DNA from: Candidatus Woesearchaeota archaeon
GTDB lineage: Archaea > Nanobdellota > Nanobdellia > Pacearchaeales > GW2011-AR1
Length of the DNA: 64,000 nucleotides
Assembly: GCA_964514585.1 (NCBI GenBank)
Contig: CAZETU010000003.1
Span: 64,001 to 128,000 of the forward strand
Reading direction: 5' to 3'
Shown: positions 30,315 to 39,141 of the stretch, piece by piece
Numbering within the stretch: position 1 is the stretch's first letter
How the letters are laid out: each line of letters begins with the position of its first letter
The notes under the pieces: model-generated
What the model was told of the DNA's origin: nothing
Database searches by the model: none
Seen by the model: the letters and a program-made list of their open reading frames with translations, nothing else
Position numbers and translations under genes: made by a program

Positions 30315-30836
30315 ATGAATTTAAAAATTTCTGCATGGGCAGCAATTATTGCTGCAATTATTACAATTCCTGGTTTTATATTTGGGATGTTATTGTCAAT
30401 AATTCCTGAAAATAAAATAATTTATACTCTTTCGATGATTTCAGTGGTGGTTAGTATGTTGATAACAGTATTGTTATTTTTAGGATATATAAGAGTTGCA
30501 AAAAAGAATAAATTAAAATTTCTAGAAGTTATGGTATATATCTCATTGATTATTATATTTATTTCTAAAATTTTTGTAATTTCTGTCAAAGGCGCTACAG
30601 TGTTTGACTTTATTCTTCTGATATTGTTGGGTATTAACGGATTAGTTTTAGGAATTGCTTTTTTAAAATTAAAAAAAGTTTTTAATGGAATAGCTACTGC
30701 TATCGGTGTGATGTATATTGTTGATGGCATTCTTATGATGAGTATAATAGGGGCGATCCTAATACCACTAACTCTAACTGCTGCAAGCATTTTAAAGGCA
30801 ATATTTTTCTTTAGAGCAAGTAAAAAATATGACTAA
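30315..30836 (+). CDS. Multi-pass membrane protein, unknown function
   Basis: Five to six hydrophobic segments. Confidence 0.7.
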   Translation: MNLKISAWAAIIAAIITIPGFIFGMLLSIIPENKIIYTLSMISVVVSMLITVLLFLGYIRVAKKNKLKFLEVMVYISLIIIFISKIFVISVKGATVFDFILLILLGINGLVLGIAFLKLKKVFNGIATAIGVMYIVDGILMMSIIGAILIPLTLTAASILKAIFFFRASKKYD

Positions 30837-30907
30837 ATGAGTTTTTTAAAATTACGCCCTTCAACTTCTCAAAAAAATAATAAAACAGCGTCGATAAAAC
30901 TTCAAAA

Positions 30908-31041
30908 ACGTCCCAACCGGGGCTACTGGAGAGTGTCTGGGTTTCATGGGTGCTGGGATCCTTTTTCGTTTAGTTTAGATATCATTCGTGAGTGTGCGAT
31001 GGAAGGATTTTATAAATCTTGTCGGTCTACTTGTGGGTGAC
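30908..31041 (+). repeat. Core-plus-arm element type II, copy 1
   Basis: Core ACGTCCCAACCG; 49-nt block 30925-30973 identical to 31829-31877; ends TATAAATCTTGTCGGTCTAC. Confidence 0.85.
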
Positions 31042-31127
31042 AGATTAATAGATTTTAGGGAAGAATTATGTTTTTAGTTTGATGGTGTTCTGCTATTAGT
31101 TACTTTCACTGTAATGAACATGACCCT

Positions 31128-31688
31128 TTACGTTAATTTTAAATCAGAGATAAAATCTTCATCTATTTTTAACGTTTTTGATGCAACTTTTTTAAGATGG
31201 TAAGATATGGATCCCTGGTTGCCAATAGCGACATATATAACTTCTCTGTTGAATTTTTCAATGGATGCTTTTACCGCACCTGAGAAATCTCCGTCATTTG
31301 ATATCAAGTATGCTTTATCATAATTTTCTGCTTGAGCGTCCAAAGCCAAGTCAAGTGCAAGATTGACATCTGTTGCTTTTTCTACGTAAAATATTTTTCC
31401 ATCCTTTTTGTGTTTTTCCAATCTTCCGAAAATTATTTTTAATTTATTTATTTTCTTTAGTTTTTCAAAGAATTTTTGCTGTTCTGCATACATTTTTGGG
31501 TTGCTCTCCCCGACAGGTGCTATGTAATAATTGATTTGTATTAAATTATTCATTGCTGAAATTTTCTTGCAAAAATCTTCAATATTAACCTTGCAATGGA
31601 ATGTGTTTTTTATAGAAAAATAGAAATTACTTCCATCGATATAAATAATTGCTCCTTTCTTGCCAGAATTCATTTTATGAAAAATCAT
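31128..31688 (-). CDS. NYN domain (PIN-like) ribonuclease
   Basis: IYIDGSNFY, EKATDVNLALD, LISNDGDF. Confidence 0.9.
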   Translation of the reverse strand: MIFHKMNSGKKGAIIYIDGSNFYFSIKNTFHCKVNIEDFCKKISAMNNLIQINYYIAPVGESNPKMYAEQQKFFEKLKKINKLKIIFGRLEKHKKDGKIFYVEKATDVNLALDLALDAQAENYDKAYLISNDGDFSGAVKASIEKFNREVIYVAIGNQGSISYHLKKVASKTLKIDEDFISDLKLT

Positions 31689-31811
31689 GGGGTTAGTCGC
31701 CTATCCCCATGGTGTTAATTATTATTAATAGTAGATCGGGATTTATAAGGTTTGTCATTGGCATTCAACGCCCGGATTTTGAGAAAATGTAAAACAGCGA
31801 TGGTATAATTC

Positions 31812-31942
31812 ACGCCCCAACCGGCGTGACTGGAGAGTGTCTGGGTTTCATGGGTGCTGGGATCCTTTTTCGTTTAGATATCATTCGATTTGTCGTTGCT
31901 GATTAAGATATATAAGTCTTGTCGGTCTATTTGAGGGTGACG
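31812..31942 (+). repeat. Core-plus-arm element type II, copy 2
   Basis: Exact core at 31812-31823; direct repeat of 30908-31041. Confidence 0.85.
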
Positions 31943-31989
31943 AATGGATGATCCCAAACTCTTAAATAATATTTAAATAGAAAAGTTAT

Positions 31990-32301
31990 ATGGCTTATGT
32001 TGTTTATGGAACAGAAACATTTGAAAAAGAGTTTGAGAAACTAGGAAATGATTATCGAGATCCCATCAAGAAGATTTTTTTACAATTGAAAGAAAATCCC
32101 TACGTAGGTGATTCTATAAGATATAGATTTTTTAGAGAAAAGAGGATAAAAGAAAAGCGAATTTATTATATTATTTATGAAGAATTTTCTTCTGTTCTTG
32201 TTGTCGCAGTTGGTGGCAAAAAAGCACAAAAAGGTACAATTGACGAAATAATAAAGTTACTTCCTGAATTTAAAATTTATATGAAAGAATTATTAAGCTA
32301 A
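31990..32301 (+). CDS. RelE/ParE-like toxin
   Basis: TETFEKEFEKL, LKENPYVG, REKRIKEKRIYYIIYE. Confidence 0.7.
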   Translation: MAYVVYGTETFEKEFEKLGNDYRDPIKKIFLQLKENPYVGDSIRYRFFREKRIKEKRIYYIIYEEFSSVLVVAVGGKKAQKGTIDEIIKLLPEFKIYMKELLS

Positions 32302-32499
32302 TTTTCTTACTTTCTTAGATTTCAAGTCAAGCAAACTTTTTTCAAATTGCCCAATTAAATCTGTATTCATTTTCTTTATTACAATCATTCCATTTAAGTT
32401 TTCCATTCCGACAATCGAACCTTCATTTAAATCTAGTTCTTGCCTAATTGTTTGAGGTATTACGAGTTGTCCTCTTGAACTTATTTTTGACATTTCCAT
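32293..32499 (-). CDS. AbrB/MazE/SpoVT DNA-binding protein
   Basis: SKISSRGQLVIPQTIRQELDLNEG; own TATA-like element upstream, so the ORF-track start 32565 is too early. Confidence 0.85.
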   Translation of the reverse strand: MEMSKISSRGQLVIPQTIRQELDLNEGSIVGMENLNGMIVIKKMNTDLIGQFEKSLLDLKSKKVRKLA

Positions 32500-32518
32500 A
32501 TAAGAAAGTAAGATTATC

Positions 32519-32626
32519 TTATTTATAAGGTTTTTGGTTTTCCCTGGATATCTCTGGGATTCCATTTTTTACAGATTCTTTCCACAAAAGATATCGTTCT
32601 TCATGATTATATGGATCAACTTTCAT
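32519..32626 (-). pseudogene. 5' fragment of a third tyrosine integrase of the same family
   Basis: MKVDPYNHEERYLLWKESVKNGIPEISREN aligns with MKRDPYKHKEKYHAWKIAVKDGVPGISKVN (60419-61585) and MEKKDVYKHKERYLKW (34707-35834). Confidence 0.8.
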
Positions 32627-32714
32627 TAATTTTAGAAGGATATACAAATAAAAAGGTCATTGTATAAATGTTGTATATTCGCCCAGCACCCATGAAACCT
32701 TAACAGTATTGCGA

Positions 32715-32830
32715 ACGCCCCAACCGCCCACGACCCCAGTCAAGCATCCTAAGGTGATGTCGTTTGCGTTTGCCTTATGTTAGTTGGTGGCTTTTCTTTT
32801 TAAGTCTTGTCGGTCTACTTTGGGGTTACG
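32715..32830 (+). repeat. Core-plus-arm element type III, copy 1
   Basis: Exact core at 32715-32726; 38-nt block 32729-32766 identical to 42218-42255; ends TAAGTCTTGTCGGTCTACTTTGGGGTTACG. Confidence 0.85.
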
Positions 32831-32991
32831 GAATTAGATATAACTATAGCTACGTAATTACCTTTTTCCTTTAGAATCTATTTTATAAAAATCTCCATCG
32901 GGGATATTTGCATATACCATAGTGTTAATTATTATTAATAATGAGCTGGGGTTTATAGGATTTGTCATCAAATGGTTCAATCCCCCAGAAT

Positions 32992-33113
32992 CCCCCCACC
33001 CCGTAAGCGACCTTTGTGGCATATTTAATGAGTATCTTTTTTTGTCATTGAATATTTATTTTAGTATGATTTATTGACGCTGTTGGACTTTATAAGTATT
33101 GTCGAGGTTGAGT
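32992..33113 (+). repeat. Core-plus-arm element type I, copy 2 (degenerate core)
   Basis: CCCCACCCCG...GACCTTTGTGGCAT parallels CCCCAACCGG...GACCTTTTTGGCAT at 24320-24349; shared 39-nt tail. Confidence 0.7.
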
Positions 33114-33274
33114 AGGTAGATTAATTGAATTAGTCTTGTCGGTCTACTTTTGGATGATGGATTAAAAATATGGTTGTGTCATGTATATTTAACCCACTTG
33201 CTTCAAGATAGATTAGGGACTGGAATATTGGCATAGATTAAGATCGATAGGCTTGAAAACTATTTATTCATCCC

Positions 33275-33399
33275 GCCCAAAATTACTGAATTAGGGGTAT
33301 GAAACTGCCCAAAACTTCTTTTTTATTCTAAAAATATCCATTTACGCATAAAAATGACCGCCCAAAACCTACTTTTTCTCTTTTTAAAACCGCCCAAAA
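33275..33399 (+). repeat. Four direct copies of GCCCAAAA (33275, 33307, 33360, 33392)
   Basis: Spacings 32, 53 and 32 bp, seen directly. Confidence 0.7.
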
Positions 33400-33434
33400 C
33401 AAAGATTTAAATAGTTGTATTATTATAAATTGTT

Positions 33435-34514
33435 ATGGTCTGGACAAAGCCCGAAGGATATAGTAAGAAAAGAGTAGATTGGGCAGGAAATATTCTAATT
33501 GACAAGAATAGTTCTGCGGAGGAAAAAGATGAAGCACTTAATATCTTAGACAATTGGAGGGCCATCCATAGATACCCCATGCATATTTTTAAAAAAAGAT
33601 TAAAATTAGTTTCAGAAAAAATTGATAAGAATGCCGTTAGTGTTCAAAGACTAAAAAGGCTTCCCTCTGTTTTAAAAAAATTACAAAGAGTTTATTCTGG
33701 AAATAAATCCTCAATGAAGCTTTCGCGAATGCAGGATATTGCAGGATGTAGGGCCGTTGTGTCTAATGTTTCTTTGGCAAAAAGACTCTACAAAGAAGGT
33801 TATCTTCAGAGTGATTTAAAGCATACAAGAGTTAATGAGAAAGATTATATCTCATATCCAAAATCAGATGGCTATCGAAGCATTCATTTGGTTTATAAAT
33901 ATAAAAGCAACAAGGAAGGTAAAAAAGAGTATAACGGATTACAAATAGAAATTCAAATACGGTCTAAACTTCAACATCTTTGGGCAACGGCAATTGAGAC
34001 AGTAGATTTGTTTACTAGGCAAGCGATAAAATCTAATGAAGGGGAAAAGGAATGGAAGGATTTCTTTAGGTTAGTTAGTTCAGCTTTCGCTGTAATGGAG
34101 AAAACTCCTCTTGTTCCGAATACTCCTGCTAATTTGAAAGAATTGTATGCTCAGATAAAAGAAAAAGAAAAAGAATTGCAAGTTATAAAAGTCATGAGGG
34201 GATGGGCTTCAGCCGTGAGAGTTTTTAGACAAGCTTCTAAAGAGAAGCCAAACCTTAAATTTTTTCTTTTGGAGCTTGATGTTTTGCAGGAAAAACTTAA
34301 TTTAACAGGATATTCTCAAGAAGATGAAGAAAAAGCAATCTCAGATTATTCTAGGGCAGAGAAGGTAAATCAAAATAACCGTAGCTATGATGTTGTTTTA
34401 GTTGGGGCAGATAAAACTAGTGATTTAGAAAAAGCTTATCCTAATTATTTTGTAGATACACGAGAGTTTTTAAAATATCTGGAGAAGATTCTTATGGATG
34501 TCATTAAGCCATAA
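33435..34514 (+). CDS. RelA/SpoT-domain protein (small alarmone synthetase-like)
   Basis: QRLKRLPSVLKKL, MQDIAGCRAV, KDYISYPKSDGYRSIHLV, IEIQIRSKLQHLWA. Confidence 0.88.
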   Translation: MVWTKPEGYSKKRVDWAGNILIDKNSSAEEKDEALNILDNWRAIHRYPMHIFKKRLKLVSEKIDKNAVSVQRLKRLPSVLKKLQRVYSGNKSSMKLSRMQDIAGCRAVVSNVSLAKRLYKEGYLQSDLKHTRVNEKDYISYPKSDGYRSIHLVYKYKSNKEGKKEYNGLQIEIQIRSKLQHLWATAIETVDLFTRQAIKSNEGEKEWKDFFRLVSSAFAVMEKTPLVPNTPANLKELYAQIKEKEKELQVIKVMRGWASAVRVFRQASKEKPNLKFFLLELDVLQEKLNLTGYSQEDEEKAISDYSRAEKVNQNNRSYDVVLVGADKTSDLEKAYPNYFVDTREFLKYLEKILMDVIKP

Positions 34515-34706
34515 GTGGTGTCTTCATATATGCCCTATTTGACTAATTGATTGTATATCTTTTCCTATAATCGATACTTTCTTTTTGGCATAAAAACTTA
34601 CACATTTTGTAAAAAATAGTGCTAAATAGCAGTCATTAAACCAAAAATCTACAAAAGAGGCTGAATAGTAAAATAAAATTAATAATTTAAATGCGTATTT
34701 CTCATT

Positions 34707-35834
34707 ATGGAAAAGAAAGATGTCTATAAACATAAAGAACGGTATCTTAAATGGATGGAAGAAAATCTCAATGGGATAAAGAATATCTCAGTTATTAATT
34801 CTTCACTGATTCTAAGCTATCTCTCAGATATGCAAAAAGGTCTAAACATCTCAGCTAAATCTAAAAAAGGGGCAAGGAGTTATACAAGATTGAATAATAT
34901 CAGACAAAGAATGATTTTTTTAATAAAGAAATTTGAGGCTATTTATAATTTAGAGGAGGTCTCAAGAATTGAAGAAGAACAACTACATGATTTTTTTAAT
35001 AAAATAAGGAATGGGACATTAAAAAGGGTGGATGGAAAAGTATATCAGGATCCTGTAAACTTTGTAAAGATTTTCAAAGCGTTTTGGCATTGGCATCAAA
35101 AAGTCAATAGAAAGAAGGGAGTTAATATTGATGATATAACTATTGACCTTGACACGAGTGTAGAGAAGCCAAAATGGGTTTACCTAACTGAAGAACAAAT
35201 TATGACGTTATGTAAAAGAGCTCCCTTTGAGTATAAAGTTTTAATAACATTTCTTTATGATGCAGGCGTAAGAGCTCCGGGAGAATTATTAAATCTAAAG
35301 ATTTCAGATTTCTATAACGATTTCAAGGAAGTTCACATCAGAGATGAAATAAGTAAGACATTTGGAAGACGGATTAAATTAATGTTCTGTTCAAAACTCG
35401 TTAAAGAATATGTAAACAAAAGAGGACTCTCAAAAGAAGACTATATTTTCTCTATGAGCCCATTTACGATTAATCACAATCTTCAAAAATTAGCAGAAAA
35501 GACATTAGGAACTGAAAGAAGCTTAGCAGGTCAAAAATATTCAGAACTTACAATGTATGATTTTAGGCATTGCTCTTGCTGTTATTGGCTTCCAAAATAT
35601 AAATCGGAATCTGGATTAAAATATCGCTTCGGGTGGAAGAAATCTGAAAGAATATATTACTATTCTGAAATGCTGGGTATGCAGGATACAATATCTGATG
35701 AAGATTTATTGCAAGATACTAGTAGCATGTTATTCAAAAGCAAGGTAAATAAAATTTACATAGATAATAAACTACAAGAATCCAGATTAGATTTTCTTGA
35801 GGAAAAAATTAAGAAACTTACTCAAGAAGAGTAA
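34707..35834 (+). CDS. Tyrosine recombinase/integrase 1
   Basis: LYDAGVRAPGELLNLK, MYDFRH, RFGW, YYYS. Confidence 0.88.
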   Translation: MEKKDVYKHKERYLKWMEENLNGIKNISVINSSLILSYLSDMQKGLNISAKSKKGARSYTRLNNIRQRMIFLIKKFEAIYNLEEVSRIEEEQLHDFFNKIRNGTLKRVDGKVYQDPVNFVKIFKAFWHWHQKVNRKKGVNIDDITIDLDTSVEKPKWVYLTEEQIMTLCKRAPFEYKVLITFLYDAGVRAPGELLNLKISDFYNDFKEVHIRDEISKTFGRRIKLMFCSKLVKEYVNKRGLSKEDYIFSMSPFTINHNLQKLAEKTLGTERSLAGQKYSELTMYDFRHCSCCYWLPKYKSESGLKYRFGWKKSERIYYYSEMLGMQDTISDEDLLQDTSSMLFKSKVNKIYIDNKLQESRLDFLEEKIKKLTQEE

Positions 35835-35927
35835 ACTTATACGGGTCTTGCTTAACGCCCGAGAAATTTATCAATCCCTTCATTCGATAAAAATAGAAAA
35901 TATACAACGCCCCGTCTGGGTATTGCC

Positions 35928-35939
35928 ACGCCCCAACCG
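35928..35939 (+). repeat. Exact core ACGCCCCAACCG, 94 bp after the integrase 1 stop; preceded by partial AACGCCC copies
   Basis: Seen directly. Confidence 0.8.
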
Positions 35940-35982
35940 GAGTTCATTGGTGCGTAGGTTTTAGCGATAGTAGAGTAACCAT

Positions 35983-36489
35983 TTATTTTTCTAAAATAAG
36001 CTCTACTTTATTGATGAAGGATATAGTCTTTTTTCTTAATTTCTTTATCTTGTCTTCGTTGAATAAGCTATTTGTAGAATAGCTTGCATTGTGTCTTTCT
36101 TGTTTTAAGTCGGTGTAGAACTCTGCATCAGACTTATTTATTGATAATTCTTCAATCATCTCTATTTCTTCAAAAGAAAAACTGGAATAATTTTTTATTA
36201 AGAATAGTAATGTTGCCGTATGATTTTTAGAATAATAACCCTTTTTAGACAAAAGAGCTAGGCAGGAGTGATAAAGGGAATAGTAAAGGCCCACAACAAC
36301 CCAGTCATTGTAATCCTTATTTCTTATTAACAAATCGACCATCCTTAAATTATGTTTAGATTTTTCCAGATGCGCATCGATTAATTCTAGGGAATGTTTA
36401 GATTCTATTAAGTTTTTCTTGTCTTTATGAAATTTTATTTCTTTATCGAGAAACTTTTCATTTTCGAAATAGTCTTTAATTTTTTTCAT
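35983..36489 (-). CDS. HEPN domain protein (toxin of an MNT-HEPN pair)
   Basis: YYSLYHSCLALL, SKNHTAT, ERHNASY. Confidence 0.85.
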   Translation of the reverse strand: MKKIKDYFENEKFLDKEIKFHKDKKNLIESKHSLELIDAHLEKSKHNLRMVDLLIRNKDYNDWVVVGLYYSLYHSCLALLSKKGYYSKNHTATLLFLIKNYSSFSFEEIEMIEELSINKSDAEFYTDLKQERHNASYSTNSLFNEDKIKKLRKKTISFINKVELILEK

Positions 36490-37084
36490 TTTCTTTGTAA
36501 TATTCTAAATTTCCTAATATTGGAAATCCATAATTTTTCGCTTGTGTAACTAAATGGTCTTTAGAAGTTTTAAACATATCTAAATTTGTATAGATTATAC
36601 TTAGTGGATGATTCGATTCAGAGTTTATTCTCTTTTTCAATACTTCTAATTTCTTTCTAATTTCTTTCTCATAAAGTTTCTGTAATCCATCATTTTCAAA
36701 TTTATGTAATACTACTAATAAATCAATATCTGAATTTTCTTTTTCCTGTTTTCTTGAAGATGATCCAAAAAAAATAATAAATTCCAACTCAGAAGGGGCT
36801 TCTTTAAGAAAATTTCTCAATGGTATTTTTACGTTTGGGTTTAGCTTGTTTAATTTTTCTTTATCTAAAATGCTAAAAATTTCTGATTTTTCTGTGCTAA
36901 AAATTCTGTAATAAACATTTGAAGTTTTTTTATCTTCTTCGATTTTTTTAGAATTTAAAAGTTTTAATAAAGCATTTTGAAGAGAACTATTTGATAATTT
37001 AGTGAGATTTTTTATTTCCGTAAAATATAACCATTCTTTTTTACTCTCATAAAATGTCTTATAAATTTTTTCTTCAGCTTTCAT
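36476..37084 (-). CDS. wHTH plus minimal nucleotidyltransferase (MNT antitoxin)
   Basis: IIFFGSSSR...SDIDLLVV; N-terminal helix-turn-helix. Confidence 0.85.
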   Translation of the reverse strand: MKAEEKIYKTFYESKKEWLYFTEIKNLTKLSNSSLQNALLKLLNSKKIEEDKKTSNVYYRIFSTEKSEIFSILDKEKLNKLNPNVKIPLRNFLKEAPSELEFIIFFGSSSRKQEKENSDIDLLVVLHKFENDGLQKLYEKEIRKKLEVLKKRINSESNHPLSIIYTNLDMFKTSKDHLVTQAKNYGFPILGNLEYYKENEKN

Positions 37085-37117
37085 ATTCAGAAAATGTTAT
37101 TGGTCTTTTTAAAGTTT

Positions 37118-37171
37118 GCCATTTTGTGGTATTATATTGCCATTTTTTGGTAAATTTGACCATTTTTTGTG
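37118..37171 (-). promoter_or_regulatory. Three direct repeats (RCCATTTTKTKG on +, spaced 21 and 20 bp) upstream of the MNT-HEPN TATA
   Basis: Copies at 37118, 37139 and 37159; operator role inferred. Confidence 0.45.
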
Positions 37172-37331
37172 AAATCTAGTGTGCTGAACACCACGATGAA
37201 AAATTCTCCGGTCTAGATTTGAATATGACGGAATATGAGGTAATAGTTAGTGTGGTTTGAATAATTGCGCTTATGTCTGGGATATAATTTTTTGTTAAAT
37301 TATGTGAGGGTTCGGTAAAAATTATCTCTTT

Positions 37332-38969
37332 TTAATTTTCGTCAACATTATCTAAAATTTCTGATTCTACTCCAGGTTCTGCACTACCATCTCCGCAATC
37401 AACCCCGTCTCCACAATCTCCATCGGTTGTATCTCCTGGGGCATGAGTTATCGAAGGATCATAATGAGCTTCTCCTCCACTAGCCTCTCCACCTTCAACA
37501 ACCTCGTTTTTTTCAGTATCATCTCCAGGAGAATAAGTTTTAATTTCTGTTTTTAATCCATCATCACCAGAAGCATTTCCTTCTGTAGCACCCTTCTTAA
37601 TTTCTGTTTTTAATCCATCATCACCAGAAGCATTTCCTCTTACAACAGTATTGGGACCAGTCCCAGAAGCATAAGTTATATTTTCAATTTGATTTCTAAT
37701 TTCATTCATCTCTTTTTTTATTTCCTGAGCTCCTTCATCTACTACCCATTCGTTGTTCTCCATCATCCACCCTTCTCTAATCTCCATTGTTCCATTGCCT
37801 CCCATTGTCCCATTGGCAGAAGTCCCGGGTGCGTATTGTCTTGATTTATTTTCAAATTCATCTACAATTTTATTAATTTCATTTTCAATAATATAATTTA
37901 TTAAGCCTTCCCCATTTTCAACCATTGTAATTTTACCACATTTTTCTTCTAAGAAAACATCACCGTCAAAACATTGTGGGATTCCTTCTTTCATCGTTGG
38001 AGTTTGCCCTTCTCTACCACACTTATCTCTTGGTCCTATAAAATTCCCGTATTCATCCCAATCGTCTTCTGTTTCTTTAAACTTATCATATTGTTTACAT
38101 TCTGGTTTATCATTTTCATTCCAACATTCTTCAGGAACACAATCTGAAGGACTGTCACCCCATAACATCTGTTTCTCTTTTGCTCTAAATAAATTCATTA
38201 AAAAATCAGGAACAAAACTTTCTGCTTTTGGAGGTTCCATAGAATTTAATTCACCACAGGCACCCTCATCCCCCTGATATTCACATCTAAGCGCTAAAGC
38301 AACCATCTTCTCACATTTTGCCTTTTCTTCAATATCTTCATTAGCTTCACAATTACAAGTTCCAGGATCATCCATGCAACTTCTAATTTCCAACATTAAT
38401 TTAACAAACATCCTTTCTTGAAGGTCTTTCAATTTTTCTAAATCCTCTTTAAGAGGTTCGGGAGCAGTCTCTGGATTACATTCTTCATCTTTTAGCATTA
38501 AAGCAAAATTCTCTTTTGCAAGTTCGCTACAATATTCATAGGTTTTCTCGGTAAGTATGGCAGTTAATTGCGTCTTTTCTTCTTCTAAAAGATATTCATC
38601 AAATTCATCTGGAAGATTTTTTTCATCATTAATTTTATCAGTGATTTCATCAACGCTTGTTTTAATTTGCTCAGAGGTATCCAAAGAAACTTTTTCTTGC
38701 ACAATTTGAAGTTTTTGTTTGGCCCTTTCTAAATTTTTAATAGCCTTGTCCTCATCCTGATTTTGAGAATTAACTATTGCGGAATCTACTTCTTTTTCTC
38801 TAATTTCCAAAGCCAACTTAACTTCATTATCTCCAGAGGTAAAAAATATTTTAACATTATCAACAAATCTACCAAATCCAGAATATGTTTGAGTTTGTTC
38901 CTGAGCTAAAACTAAAGGCAAAATTATTAAGATTCCTAATAAAAGTAAGACTATTACCTCTTTTTTCAT
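37332..38969 (-). CDS. Secreted acidic Cys-rich protein with a helical N-terminal domain and an internal duplication GNASGDDGLKTEIK x2
   Basis: Signal peptide; 41-nt direct repeat at 37540-37580 and 37597-37637. Confidence 0.7.
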   Translation of the reverse strand: MKKEVIVLLLLGILIILPLVLAQEQTQTYSGFGRFVDNVKIFFTSGDNEVKLALEIREKEVDSAIVNSQNQDEDKAIKNLERAKQKLQIVQEKVSLDTSEQIKTSVDEITDKINDEKNLPDEFDEYLLEEEKTQLTAILTEKTYEYCSELAKENFALMLKDEECNPETAPEPLKEDLEKLKDLQERMFVKLMLEIRSCMDDPGTCNCEANEDIEEKAKCEKMVALALRCEYQGDEGACGELNSMEPPKAESFVPDFLMNLFRAKEKQMLWGDSPSDCVPEECWNENDKPECKQYDKFKETEDDWDEYGNFIGPRDKCGREGQTPTMKEGIPQCFDGDVFLEEKCGKITMVENGEGLINYIIENEINKIVDEFENKSRQYAPGTSANGTMGGNGTMEIREGWMMENNEWVVDEGAQEIKKEMNEIRNQIENITYASGTGPNTVVRGNASGDDGLKTEIKKGATEGNASGDDGLKTEIKTYSPGDDTEKNEVVEGGEASGGEAHYDPSITHAPGDTTDGDCGDGVDCGDGSAEPGVESEILDNVDEN

Positions 38970-39025
38970 TAATGTTATTAGAAAAGGAGATATAAAAATC
39001 TATCTTTTGTGGCTTATAAAATCGG

Positions 39026-39055
39026 ACATTCCAACCGATAGTAGTCGGAGAGTTT
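39026..39055 (+). repeat. Degenerate core plus type IV arm (CCAACCGATAGTAGTCGGAGAGTTT)
   Basis: 15 nt identical to 30227-30241. Confidence 0.6.
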
Positions 39056-39141
39056 TTTTTGGTATAATTAATTACATTTTATTTAGTATTGTTGGCTACA
39101 TCGAAAGATAGGTTTTTATACTTTGTATTTATAGGTTAACT

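Noticed and set aside
30837-31040. 67-aa ORF
   Set aside because: It runs through the type II repeat and is not preserved in the second copy.
30908-32830. Calling the arms canonical integron attC sites
   Set aside because: The left end GCCCCAAC resembles RYYYAAC, but the right ends (GTGACAG, GTGACGA, GTTACGG) do not fit GTTRRRY and I see no long internal palindrome.
32974-32986. tRNA T-arm-like GGTTCAATCCCCC
   Set aside because: No acceptor, D or anticodon stems can be built around it; I recognised no tRNA or rRNA gene in the window.
34524-34733. 69-aa ORF upstream of integrase 1
   Set aside because: It spans the integrase promoter, overlaps the start and has no recognisable features.
14800-39012. 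Recurring TATCTTTTGT at about 14801, 39001 and (reverse) 32583
   Set aside because: Short and AT-rich, and one copy is coding sequence; chance cannot be excluded without counting.
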